From assembly GCA_964415785.1 (NCBI GenBank), contig CAYQBU010000001.1:1152-65151 (forward strand): a stretch of DNA of 64,000 nt, in the 5' to 3' direction. The notes under the pieces are model-generated. The model saw nothing but the letters and a program-made list of their open reading frames with translations. It was not told the DNA's origin and searched no databases. Source of the DNA: an uncultured Bradymonadales bacterium (lineage in GTDB: Bacteria; Myxococcota_A; Bradymonadia; Bradymonadales; Bradymonadaceae). Position numbers and translations under genes: made by a program. Below, piece by piece: positions 44,101-51,793 of the stretch (its first letter is position 1; the number at the start of each line of letters is the position of its first letter).

Positions 44101-46731
44101 GTGCGCACCAGCACCCCCACCCTAACCGGTACCGGAGAACCGGGAGACACCATCGACATTGAAGTCGACGGCCAGGTCGTAGGCACCGCGGAAGTCGACG
44201 ACGATGGCTTCTGGTCCTGGACCGCCGACGATGACCTCGACGACGGCGACTACGTCTTCACCGCCCGCGGCGCCGGCGACTCCAGCGACTCCATCGACCT
44301 CGGTATCGACACCGTGACCACCGACCTGATGATCACCGCCCCCGACGATGGCGCCCTCTTGGCCACCCCCACGCCCACCCTCGAGGGCACCGCGCCCGCC
44401 GGCGCTGACGTCACCATCGAAGTCGACGGCGAGGCCTGGCAGACCGTCAGCGCCGACGCCAACGGCCAATGGGAATGGACCACCGACGAACTGGACGACG
44501 GCAACCGCGTGCTGCGCGCCGAAACCTTCAACGAGGCCGGCGACCTGGACCGCGACACCATCACCGTCACCATCGACACAAAACCGCCTCACCTGTCGAT
44601 CTTCACCCCTGACGACGGCGAGGAAGTCGACCTCGGTTGGCAGGTCATCGGAAGCTCCGAGCCCGGCGCCGATATCATGGTCTATATCGACGACCAGGAA
44701 CTGGGCTCCATGACCGTTGAAGCCAACGGAAGCTGGTCGATTCCCGGCGACGACGACCTGGAACCCGGCACCTACGATCTGCGCACCACGTCCACCGACG
44801 AGGCCGGCAATACCAGCGTCGATGAACGTACCTTCGTCGTCGACGCCACCATGGATCGCCTGGAGTCCAGCGTCGCCGGTGGTCCCAGCTGCTCCACCGG
44901 GGGAGCCGGTGGCGGCACCCTCGTCCTGGTGTTGATGGCCCTGCTGCTCCTGGGCCTGCGCCGACGTACGCCAAACTCCCGACGAGTCCTCCAGGGCCTT
45001 GGCGTCGTCTCCCTCGCTGCCCTCACGGCCCTGGCCGTGGCCATTGCCACGCCCAACGTCGCCCACGCCGACGACGCCGAGGGCTTTAACTCCCATCAAT
45101 TCCACCCCATGCCGAACCTGGGCAACAACCTGTTCTCCACCTCGTCGGCCACCGTCGCTCCCCATATGGATTTTACAGCAGCGGCGGCCTTCAACTTTGC
45201 CCGCAACCCACTGACCCTGCGCGACGCCGACGGTGAAAATATCGATACTATTGTGTCCTCCCAGGCCATCAGCCACCTGATGTTCACCATGGGGTTTTTT
45301 AACCACTTCGAACTCGGCGTCGACGTCCCCGTCATCGTCCGCCAAACCGGATCTGCTCTTCCCGGAACCGGTTTCGGAAGCGAACAGCAAAGCTTCGCCG
45401 TCGGCGATATCCGGCTGGTGCCCAAGGCAACGCTCTTCAACACGCGCCACGGCGCCGCGGACAATGGTGTCGCCCTCGCCCTTCTCGTTGACACCCACCT
45501 ACCCACGGGCAACTCCGCCCAATTTCAGGGCGGTAATTTCCGCATCGGTCCTCGCCTGGCCTTTGACGCCGTGGTCGCCGAAGACTTTCTTTTCGCCGCC
45601 AACGTGGGCTATCGATATCAGGAGTCTCAGACCTTTGAAAACGTCGAGATCGACGATCTCCTGGGATGGAACGCTGGCCTGGAATACAGCCTCAACAACG
45701 AGATCCGCCTCACCGGTGAGCTCTTTGGCAATTTCACCCCCGCGGCCGACGACTTCATCGGCGACGAGTCGCATATGGAGTTTATGGCCGGTGCCAAATA
45801 TCACCTCAATAACTTCTTCGTCAGCGCCGGTGCTGGCGCCGGGCTTCTCGAGGGCTATGGCACCCCCACCTGGCGAACCCTGTTGGCCATCGGCCAGACC
45901 TCGGGTACCCGCGTCGACGATGACCTCTATGCCTCCGTGGCGCCCGATGCCGACTCCTGCGCTGACTTTTGTCCGGAACCGGAACCGGACTGCGTCGACG
46001 ACGCCGACTGCACCTCCGTCCCCGAAACTCAATGCCAAGACCGCATCCTAACCCAATATGCCGGGCAGTGCCGCGACGGCTCCTGCCACTACGACGTCAC
46101 CGCATCGCGCTGCGGAGAAAACGAAGTCTGTGGAATCGACGACGATGGCGACGCCGCCTGCGTCTTCCAGGCCCAATGCGACGTCGACGACGACTGCACC
46201 GACGCCCCCAGCCCCACCTGCGAAGCCGATGTCCTCACCGAATACCACGGCCAGTGCACCGACGATCTGTGCAGCTACGATGCCACCGAGACCGCATGCT
46301 CAGACGACGAGATGTGCGGCATCGAAGATGGGGAACCAGCCTGCGTCCACTCCGGCGCCACCCTCGACGAGGAAGAAAGTCAGATCGAGCTGAGCGAATC
46401 CGTCCACTTCGAGTCCGAATCGGCCACCATTGACCCGGACTCCTTCGCTCTCCTCGATCAGGTCGTTCAGATCTTGGAGGACAATCCCCAAATTTTGGCC
46501 ATCGAGATCTCCGGCCATACCGACTCATGGGGCGACCGAGACTTCAATATCAACCTCTCTCAACAGCGCGCCGAGAGCGTCATCCAGTATCTCCAAGAGG
46601 CAGGCATCGATCCCGGCCGACTGTCGGCCGTCGGCCTCGGTCCCGACGAACCGATCGCCGACAACGACACCGAGGAAGGTCGCTCTCAAAACCGCCGCGT
46701 TGAGATCGAAATCACCGACCTCGATCAGTGA
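41113..46731 (+). CDS. 1872-aa envelope protein: signal peptide, unknown N-domain, FN3-like and other beta domains, 8 Ig-like repeats, internal MYXO-CTERM-like tag, second signal-peptide-like segment, beta-barrel-like region, 2 Cys-rich modules, OmpA C-terminal domain
   Basis: Single uninterrupted frame. The N-terminal hydrophobic segment ends in AAAGD. GTTYYYRAVAINEA is FN3-like. Repeats follow the pattern (I/V)DTxAP...DPxPxxxGTAEAGxxV...DGxY...TDxAGN. OmpA_C motifs VHFESESATIDP...ISGHTDSWGDRDFNINLSQQRAESV...NRRVEIEI. Confidence 0.85.
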   Translation: MDWSARLSSALICLHNQMKRPMAALLVASILATAILGMSSTAAAGDTAVGEFRVSNYAGNFENNNWLWRGYAFSVARETDVTHLWGGAGSNCPQFFGAIFDLTWDNDTPGDGNFTIGDVLTEVEWDTNRDPGNPPQEEQVELDETLTLQPDQYYFIGQGRGIDFGSGCHNATQSIDVENLQIGSPILEEWYPNEDAAYQPSGTGEPSTVVGTTTSSTTPIRVLMGFSYETDVTAAEVVTGGALSTDPDEAIVEGDLIESGAFEDSDETTLYFEISEDFNFDGGTTELVPANPFTVEGPSQDIPFSTTLDGLVDGTTYYYRAVAINEAARSTGETESFVHDGINFASTVSASVEPVGSVTPNDVPVDDGETATFAVSAPSDHVIAYDNIGGDCPTDGGSWDGDTYTTPAISDDCSVQFNTLPIAGLGLTAEISDHDDQDGTGSITRDDTITFQATVEYTGGANIDDLEVTSSPTLNVVSDDCSSTTLSTGDTCQVTYDYEVTYADGQFGMYLAEFQASSDFAEDMATDDKLVVIATDLSISAPALSNDATPTLTGTASTEEGAEVYVTVMDSESQIQTSTATVDENEEFETTVTDDLAEGTYSAEVSFENDIGHVYTAFDFGIIDQTPPPLAVESPQGYINDPLPLVYGFTEPNVDMAIETDNQTITFTADSAGYWQWQPSDELDDGTYSWDVFATDTAGNTSTASADFTVITEDPNAEIDVPVEGYVTNNAQLEFTGTADADTTAVLHIDGEDVSTMSIDSSESWSYTPSEDLDDGPHQAFMVVTDLAGNSYQTPTRNFEIDTQAPAGTIESPADGLVTNDPQPDIYGTAEAGSTVEVFLDGDSLDVVTTDSSGSWSAQFGDDLDEGVYELDATVEDEAGNQSVIDAVEFEIDITAPFIAITTPEDGAVMNSTPPQFDGQSEEDAHIELRINGASIDTVTADSDDLWSYDLEGEMPLGDYELRATATDEAGNSAEATHEFTIVDSVLITSPADQDIVRTSTPTLTGTGEPGDTIDIEVDGQVVGTAEVDDDGFWSWTADDDLDDGDYVFTARGAGDSSDSIDLGIDTVTTDLMITAPDDGALLATPTPTLEGTAPAGADVTIEVDGEAWQTVSADANGQWEWTTDELDDGNRVLRAETFNEAGDLDRDTITVTIDTKPPHLSIFTPDDGEEVDLGWQVIGSSEPGADIMVYIDDQELGSMTVEANGSWSIPGDDDLEPGTYDLRTTSTDEAGNTSVDERTFVVDATMDRLESSVAGGPSCSTGGAGGGTLVLVLMALLLLGLRRRTPNSRRVLQGLGVVSLAALTALAVAIATPNVAHADDAEGFNSHQFHPMPNLGNNLFSTSSATVAPHMDFTAAAAFNFARNPLTLRDADGENIDTIVSSQAISHLMFTMGFFNHFELGVDVPVIVRQTGSALPGTGFGSEQQSFAVGDIRLVPKATLFNTRHGAADNGVALALLVDTHLPTGNSAQFQGGNFRIGPRLAFDAVVAEDFLFAANVGYRYQESQTFENVEIDDLLGWNAGLEYSLNNEIRLTGELFGNFTPAADDFIGDESHMEFMAGAKYHLNNFFVSAGAGAGLLEGYGTPTWRTLLAIGQTSGTRVDDDLYASVAPDADSCADFCPEPEPDCVDDADCTSVPETQCQDRILTQYAGQCRDGSCHYDVTASRCGENEVCGIDDDGDAACVFQAQCDVDDDCTDAPSPTCEADVLTEYHGQCTDDLCSYDATETACSDDEMCGIEDGEPACVHSGATLDEEESQIELSESVHFESESATIDPDSFALLDQVVQILEDNPQILAIEISGHTDSWGDRDFNINLSQQRAESVIQYLQEAGIDPGRLSAVGLGPDEPIADNDTEEGRSQNRRVEIEITDLDQ
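42718..44847 (+). repeat. Eight tandem ~85-90-aa bacterial Ig-like repeats (aa 536-1245)
   Basis: Units begin near DLSISAP, IDQTPPP, ITEDPNAEI, IDTQAPAG, IDITAPF, IVDSVLITSP, IDTVTTDLMITAP and IDTKPPH. Each contains a DDG-x-Y/H...TD-x-AGN core. Confidence 0.7.
44872..44967 (+). other. Internal MYXO-CTERM-like tripartite sorting motif (aa 1254-1285)
   Basis: VAGGPSCSTGGAGGGTLVLVLMALLLLGLRRR: a G/S-rich stretch with a single Cys (codon 44890-44892), a hydrophobic helix and an RRR cluster. Confidence 0.6.
44968..45069 (+). other. Internal Sec-signal-peptide-like segment (aa 1286-1319)
   Basis: TPNSRRVLQGLGVVSLAALTALAVAIATPNVAHA followed by DDAEG: a basic n-region, a ~20-aa h-region and an AxA (AHA) cleavage motif. 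Confidence 0.55.
45958..46347 (+). repeat. Two ~57-aa Cys-rich modules between the barrel-like region and the OmpA domain
   Basis: CVDDADCTSVPETQCQDRILTQYAGQCRDGSCHYDVTASRCGENEVCGIDDDGDAACV aligns with CDVDDDCTDAPSPTCEADVLTEYHGQCTDDLCSYDATETACSDDEMCGIEDGEPACV, with identical Cys spacing. Confidence 0.65.
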
Positions 46732-47015
46732 CCGCTCCGAACAGAGGAGCTGCTGGCATATCATCCAGGCGCCGCTAACGCGCCCCGCCCGCATCCCATA
46801 CAAAGTAACCCCTTCTCCCCGGTGGAGCCCATTAAGGGCGCTGTCGGGGAGATTGCTTTGGACCCAGTGGTCGAAGGGCAGCACCAGGAGGCTAATGGCG
46901 ACCGAGCTTATCCCCTGGCTCAGTGGCTTTGCTCTCAAATCACTGTCCCCCACGGGACTCCTTGTTCTAACTCAACGGACTGCTCCCCGGCGACCAGATA
47001 CCACTCTCCAACAAA

Positions 47016-47048
47016 GCAAAGAGCCCACCAAAACGGTGGGCTCTTTGC
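47016..47048. terminator. Bidirectional stem-loop terminator candidate
   Basis: GCAAAGAGCCCACC (47016-47029), loop AAAAC, GGTGGGCTCTTTGC (47035-47048): a 14-bp perfect stem. It lies 32 nt downstream of the minus-strand small ORF stop and 285 nt downstream of the giant gene stop. Flanks are moderately T-rich on both strands. Confidence 0.55.
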
Positions 47049-47080
47049 CTTTGCTTCTCAGCTCAATCGTCTCTGCTCAA

Positions 47081-47251
47081 TCATTCCACATGCGAGAAAT
47101 CACCGGCGGAATTATCAATGATCTGATTTCCCAAATCGGACAGGTCGACAGTCCACTCAAAAATGCCGTTGACGGGAGTACCCCAGCGCACGTACTCGTC
47201 GTCATCTTCATCGACGAGATGAATATCGTAGTGGCCAGAGCTTTCGTTCAA
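47081..47251 (-). CDS. Candidate small acidic protein (56 aa from TTG) or gene remnant; not in the ORF track
   Basis: Hand translation of the minus strand gives (L)NESSGHYDIHLVDEDDDEYVRWGTPVNGIFEWTVDLSDLGNQIIDNSAGDFSHVE-stop. The frame is open from 47338. There is no ATG; the only in-frame candidates are CTG 47257 and TTG 47251. The terminator hairpin follows directly. Confidence 0.3.
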   Translation of the reverse strand: MNESSGHYDIHLVDEDDDEYVRWGTPVNGIFEWTVDLSDLGNQIIDNSAGDFSHVE

Positions 47252-47524
47252 CCACAGCGCCCACGGAGCTGTATTGAACGGACGTGAAAGTCTCCTCCGT
47301 ATTAGTTGAGTCCCGATAATTGTGTAACTTCGGTTCGGTCAGTAGCGCCAAACCGCAAGCTCTCCCCAGATTCTCTTTGTTCGAGACCGCCTTCAATCGG
47401 CGTATCCTCAACCACCCAAGAGTTTTTTTGCCAATCCGCTCCCGAAACAAAAATACCGACGAATCTGTAGAGATCGAGTGCCGTCTCTGATTCACCCCAC
47501 GACGTGAGTCGTGCCTGAGCCGCG

Positions 47525-48196
47525 TCAGGCATCACTCCCGATCTCAAAGTGTGCGCGCACCTCGGACCATAACTGGTCCATCGAGCCCTCCAGGCTGTGA
47601 TCATCATCGACCTCCACCAATCGCACCTGGTCTCGTCCCGTCGCATATTGGCGCGAGGACTCCAGGGGAATCGTCTCGTCGTCGCTGCCGTGGATGATCA
47701 CCGTCGGACAGGGCACTTGCGGATGAGTGGGGTAGTCTCGGGCCTCTTCCACCAGTCTCCAGTGCACAAGACGAGGCAGGTCATCCGGGCCGGGAAGCGC
47801 CAATTCCCCATCGCGCTCCCACTTCGCCATCCCCTCTATTCCCACAAGGTCGGCAAAGCGATCGCCGAGTCCAAAGGCCGGGCACATCAACACCAGGCGG
47901 TCTACTTTGTCGGGACATTTCTGGGCCCAGAGGGCGACCAGATAGGCCCCCATGCTGGAGGCGCTGATGCGCCATCGCCCCTTCCCACCGCCGTGGTTTT
48001 GATCCATGGCATCGATCGCCCCGAGGGCATTTCCGAACGTAATCTCCTCGAACGAGGGTTGATTCAGTTCCGGCAGCGCCAGGTCCACCCCATACTCCCG
48101 AAAGCGCTCCTCGAGAAATCGCCCCTTGGTTGAATTGGCGTCCGACGAAAACCCGTGAATATGGGCGTAGCGAAATTCCTGGTGGCCGTCACTCAT
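47525..48196 (-). CDS. Alpha/beta-fold hydrolase (YqiA-like esterase)
   Basis: HIHGFSSD N-terminal motif, nucleophile elbow ISASSMGAY, and a late IIHGSDDETIP / DDDHSL acid-His region. Confidence 0.8.
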   Translation of the reverse strand: MSDGHQEFRYAHIHGFSSDANSTKGRFLEERFREYGVDLALPELNQPSFEEITFGNALGAIDAMDQNHGGGKGRWRISASSMGAYLVALWAQKCPDKVDRLVLMCPAFGLGDRFADLVGIEGMAKWERDGELALPGPDDLPRLVHWRLVEEARDYPTHPQVPCPTVIIHGSDDETIPLESSRQYATGRDQVRLVEVDDDHSLEGSMDQLWSEVRAHFEIGSDA

Positions 48197-48300
48197 GGGC
48201 TCAACACTCGCATTGGGGGCATAAAATCATTCGGCTCATCCGACGACTCTGTCACCATCGCCGTTTTTCCTTCCACCGATTGCATAGTCCTGCCTTACCC

Positions 48301-50745
48301 TCAACGCTCTTTCTTTACCCCTTTGGCAAACCCCGGCCGCGCTTCGGCCGTCGCCTTGCCCTCGGCAAACGCGATGGGCGCCGACAGGCATTCGTCGGGA
48401 ATCGCAAAGGCATCCACATAGCTCAGTGCTTCCTTGCGCACCGTGGCGCAGAGCTCATTGACCATGTCTCGAATCGCCCGCGCCTTGGCTTGATGGATGT
48501 AGTTATTCTCCAGAAACCAGGCCATATCCTCTTCGATGATCGACATGGCGAACAGGTTTCGCAGAGGAGTCAGGCCCGCCTTGAGCTCCTTGTCATCGCA
48601 TTGGTTTTCGGCCTCCACAAACGACTGGAGTAAGAAACGCTCCACATGGGCATTGGCCAGGGCAACGGCGTGATCCTGACAATCATTAAACGCCAAAAAG
48701 GAATCGATCCCCTTGTCGATACGGTGCTTCAATCGCCGCGCCAGACTCACCAGCAGGTCTTGCTCCCGCGCCTCCAGAATACCGAGCTGAAACTCCGCCT
48801 GACGAAGATGGTCGGGATCCGTATTGCGGGTCACGACCGGGTTAGTCTCCGTGATCGTTCGTTTGGCCTGATCCGTCAGCAGGCGGGCCAAACCAAAGAG
48901 ACTTCCCCCGCTGAGTTCCGTTCGAAAATCGGCAAGGCAAGCCCGCGCGACCTGCTGCATCATCACCACATTCGCCCCCTCAAAGGTGGCGAAGACGTCG
49001 ACGTCCGCTCGAATCTCGGGAAGCCGGTTGATGGTTAAATAACCCTGGCCCCCGCAGCACTCCCGCGCAGTCTGAACGATATCGATGGCCGCCCAGCTGG
49101 AATAGGCCTTCATGCCCGCCGCCAACGCCTCCGTATGGCGCCGATTATCGTCCTCTTCGTCCAGGTAGCGCCCCATGATTTCGTGGAGTCCAAAGGTCAT
49201 GGCGTAACTGGTTGCGATCTGGGGCATCAGGGCGCGCTGGTGCATCCGATAGTCCAAAAGTGGGATCTCCGCCTTGCCCGCCGGACCAAATTGGCGGCGA
49301 TTGGCGCCGTATCGAGTCGCGATGGCCAACGCTACTTTGGAGGCACTGATGCCGGCGGCGCTGATCCCCATTCGGCCGGCCACCAGGGTCCCAAGCATCG
49401 TAAAAAATCGCCGATTCGCGCTCGGAATGCTGCTCTGATAGCACCCCTGGTCGTCAATGCCCCCATGGCGATCGAGGAGGTTTTCCCTGGGGATTCGGAC
49501 GTGGTCAAACCAGATCCGTCCGTTATCCACCCCGTTGAGCCCCATCTTGAGCCCCTGGTCCTCTAACTCCACTCCCTTCTTGGGGTTTCCCTCCTCGTCG
49601 CGAATGGGCACCAAAAAGGCATGCACCCCGTATTGCTCATCGTCGACCACCAACTGGGCATAGACCGTCGCCATTTGCGCATATTGACCGGCGCCGCCGA
49701 TCCACTCCTTTCGGGCCGTGGAGCGCGGTGTGTGAATCACGAACTCATCGCTCTCACTGTCGTAGCGCGCAATCGTCTCCAGATCCCGGACATTGGATCC
49801 GCGACCCATCTCCGTCATTGCATAGCACCCCTGAAGGTCCATCGACGCCAAATCCTTCAGGTAGGCCTTATGGTGCTTCTCAGTACCCAGAAAGCGGATG
49901 CTCCCTCCAAATAGCCCGAACTGCACCCCAAATTTCACCAGCAAACTGAGATCGAAGATCCCCAGGGTCTCAAAGATCGCCAGGAAGGCGTCCAGGTTTT
50001 CCTTGGCCCCGCCCTGGTCTGGAAAACAGCGCTCCCCCAGCCCCTCATCGACCAGCGTCTGGAGCCACTCCACCACCTGCTCTCGATAATCATGGAGCTC
50101 CAGGCCGTAGACGTACTCAAAGGCATCGCTCGCCAATAAATCCCGGACCTCGTTGCGAAGCTCATGATGGGTCCCATCGAGGATCTGGGCCATCTTCTGT
50201 GAATCAAAACCATAGCTTCGCGGCTCCACGTCTGGCGCCGGCAGCGGCCGATCGGCGATGGACTCCCTCAATTGACCGGCTGCCTCCACGCCCACGAGCC
50301 CCAACGAGGCCTCCAGCTCATCGAGAGCTTTTTCGATATCTTCCAGCGGGATTCCGATGCCCTCTTCTTCATCTCGACCATAGTGAGTAGCCATCTCCAG
50401 GCCTACGCCCGCCAGCGACAGCCGCTCGGCCTCCGACAGACGGGCACTTCGCTCCTCGATGGCCTTGAGCAAATACTGCAGCTCCACCGGCGTCGGCGGA
50501 TCCTCGGGATCGAGCCACCGCCCCAGCACCTCCAACGCATCCTCATCCACCCAGGTCAATCGACTGGCCAGCGTCCGCAGCGTCTTGAGCTCGTCGTCGA
50601 CCAACTCCCCATTGGCCCAGGCGATATAAATCACCGGGAGAAGTGGCAACAGACGCCGCTCCTCGAGCAGGGCCCGAAGCTCTCGCAGCTCCTCTCTCTC
50701 AAAGCCCATCGCCGATCCTGTCTTCGGTGCTTGTGTGCTCATCAC
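48301..50745 (-). CDS. Acyl-CoA oxidase/dehydrogenase-family protein with ~200-aa N-terminal extension
   Basis: CYAMTEMGRGSNVRDLETIARYD..EFVIHTP...KEWIGGAG is ACOX-type. A C-terminal acyl-CoA-oxidase-like helical domain is present. The N-terminus IYIAWANGELVDDELKTL is TerB/DjlA-N-like. Confidence 0.8.
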   Translation of the reverse strand: MMSTQAPKTGSAMGFEREELRELRALLEERRLLPLLPVIYIAWANGELVDDELKTLRTLASRLTWVDEDALEVLGRWLDPEDPPTPVELQYLLKAIEERSARLSEAERLSLAGVGLEMATHYGRDEEEGIGIPLEDIEKALDELEASLGLVGVEAAGQLRESIADRPLPAPDVEPRSYGFDSQKMAQILDGTHHELRNEVRDLLASDAFEYVYGLELHDYREQVVEWLQTLVDEGLGERCFPDQGGAKENLDAFLAIFETLGIFDLSLLVKFGVQFGLFGGSIRFLGTEKHHKAYLKDLASMDLQGCYAMTEMGRGSNVRDLETIARYDSESDEFVIHTPRSTARKEWIGGAGQYAQMATVYAQLVVDDEQYGVHAFLVPIRDEEGNPKKGVELEDQGLKMGLNGVDNGRIWFDHVRIPRENLLDRHGGIDDQGCYQSSIPSANRRFFTMLGTLVAGRMGISAAGISASKVALAIATRYGANRRQFGPAGKAEIPLLDYRMHQRALMPQIATSYAMTFGLHEIMGRYLDEEDDNRRHTEALAAGMKAYSSWAAIDIVQTARECCGGQGYLTINRLPEIRADVDVFATFEGANVVMMQQVARACLADFRTELSGGSLFGLARLLTDQAKRTITETNPVVTRNTDPDHLRQAEFQLGILEAREQDLLVSLARRLKHRIDKGIDSFLAFNDCQDHAVALANAHVERFLLQSFVEAENQCDDKELKAGLTPLRNLFAMSIIEEDMAWFLENNYIHQAKARAIRDMVNELCATVRKEALSYVDAFAIPDECLSAPIAFAEGKATAEARPGFAKGVKKER

Positions 50746-51025
50746 TCAATCTCCTCTTGGGCCATCTCCAACCCGACGAATTAGCAGTGGCAATGAGACT
50801 AAACACCGATGCAAAAGCTCAAGTTATTTTAAATCCCCCGCCTCATTGACGGACGACCCATGGCTTGGATCGGCCCTCCGACTGTGGTAACGCCCGCTTA
50901 TCGCACGAGGTTCAAGCCGGTGCCGGGGTGTCGAAATGTGACGCGCCCGTCGCCCGTTTATCCCTCGAATGAAGACGCACCAATTCAGTATATTCACTGC
51001 TTCGCCGACTCAACTTGGAGCAACC

Positions 51026-51781
51026 ATGGGATTTCTCGACTTTCTCTTCGACAAAGAAAAGGCGCGCGAGCGTCGCATCAAAAAACTCAAAAAGACGCTG
51101 ACCAATATGTACGTCCAGGCCGCGGAGCGAAAATATGCCATCGAAGAGCTGCGCTCCATCGGGTCTCCCGATGCCATCCGCACCTTGATGTCCCGCTTTG
51201 AAGAGACGGGCCCCAACCACACCACCGACGCCGATGAGAAACAATTTACCTACTCCGTGCTCGTCGATCTCGGCCGCCGCGGCGAAACCGACGTCGTCGG
51301 CATCATCGCCGACCGGCTCAAAGAGATCGAAGAGAATATCAACTGGCCCCTCAAAGTCCTCACCGACCTCGTCAGCTACGACGATATGGCGGAGTTGATC
51401 ACCGAGTTGCTGGCCGCCGACGATATCGGCTATCGCCGCAATCCGGAGAAAAAGCGCGAGCTCATGCTTCGAGCCGCCGAGTTCCAATCGCCGGAGCTCG
51501 CCGACCAACTGATCCGCTTTTTGGAAGATGATAACGAACCGATCCGATTTCTGGCCGTCGATGCATTGATGGCCCAGGACATCGAAGATCTTCCCCGGGA
51601 ACCCCTCATTGAGCGCCTCCAAACCGAAGAGTCTCTGCGCATTCTTCAAAAGATCGTTGAGATCTGCGCCGAGAACCCGGGCTGGAAAGTGCCCAAAGAG
51701 GACCGCGAGGATCTGGAACCGCTTCTGCCCGATGGGTATGGTATCCACAAGAAAGGCCATATCTATCGCAAGCGCAGCTAA
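51026..51781 (+). CDS. HEAT-repeat-like hypothetical protein
   Basis: GGAG sits 6 nt before ATG 51026. Repeated helical units of the type AIEELRSIGSPDAIRTL / IRFLAVDALMAQ. Confidence 0.6.
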   Translation: MGFLDFLFDKEKARERRIKKLKKTLTNMYVQAAERKYAIEELRSIGSPDAIRTLMSRFEETGPNHTTDADEKQFTYSVLVDLGRRGETDVVGIIADRLKEIEENINWPLKVLTDLVSYDDMAELITELLAADDIGYRRNPEKKRELMLRAAEFQSPELADQLIRFLEDDNEPIRFLAVDALMAQDIEDLPREPLIERLQTEESLRILQKIVEICAENPGWKVPKEDREDLEPLLPDGYGIHKKGHIYRKRS

Positions 51782-51793
51782 AAGGTATCCATT

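Noticed and set aside
46822-47121. The listed 99-aa plus-strand ORF downstream of the giant gene.
   Set aside because: It reads through the 14-bp terminator stem, and its composition (H/S/T/C/Q/N-rich) is unlike the acidic proteins of this window. It has no RBS.
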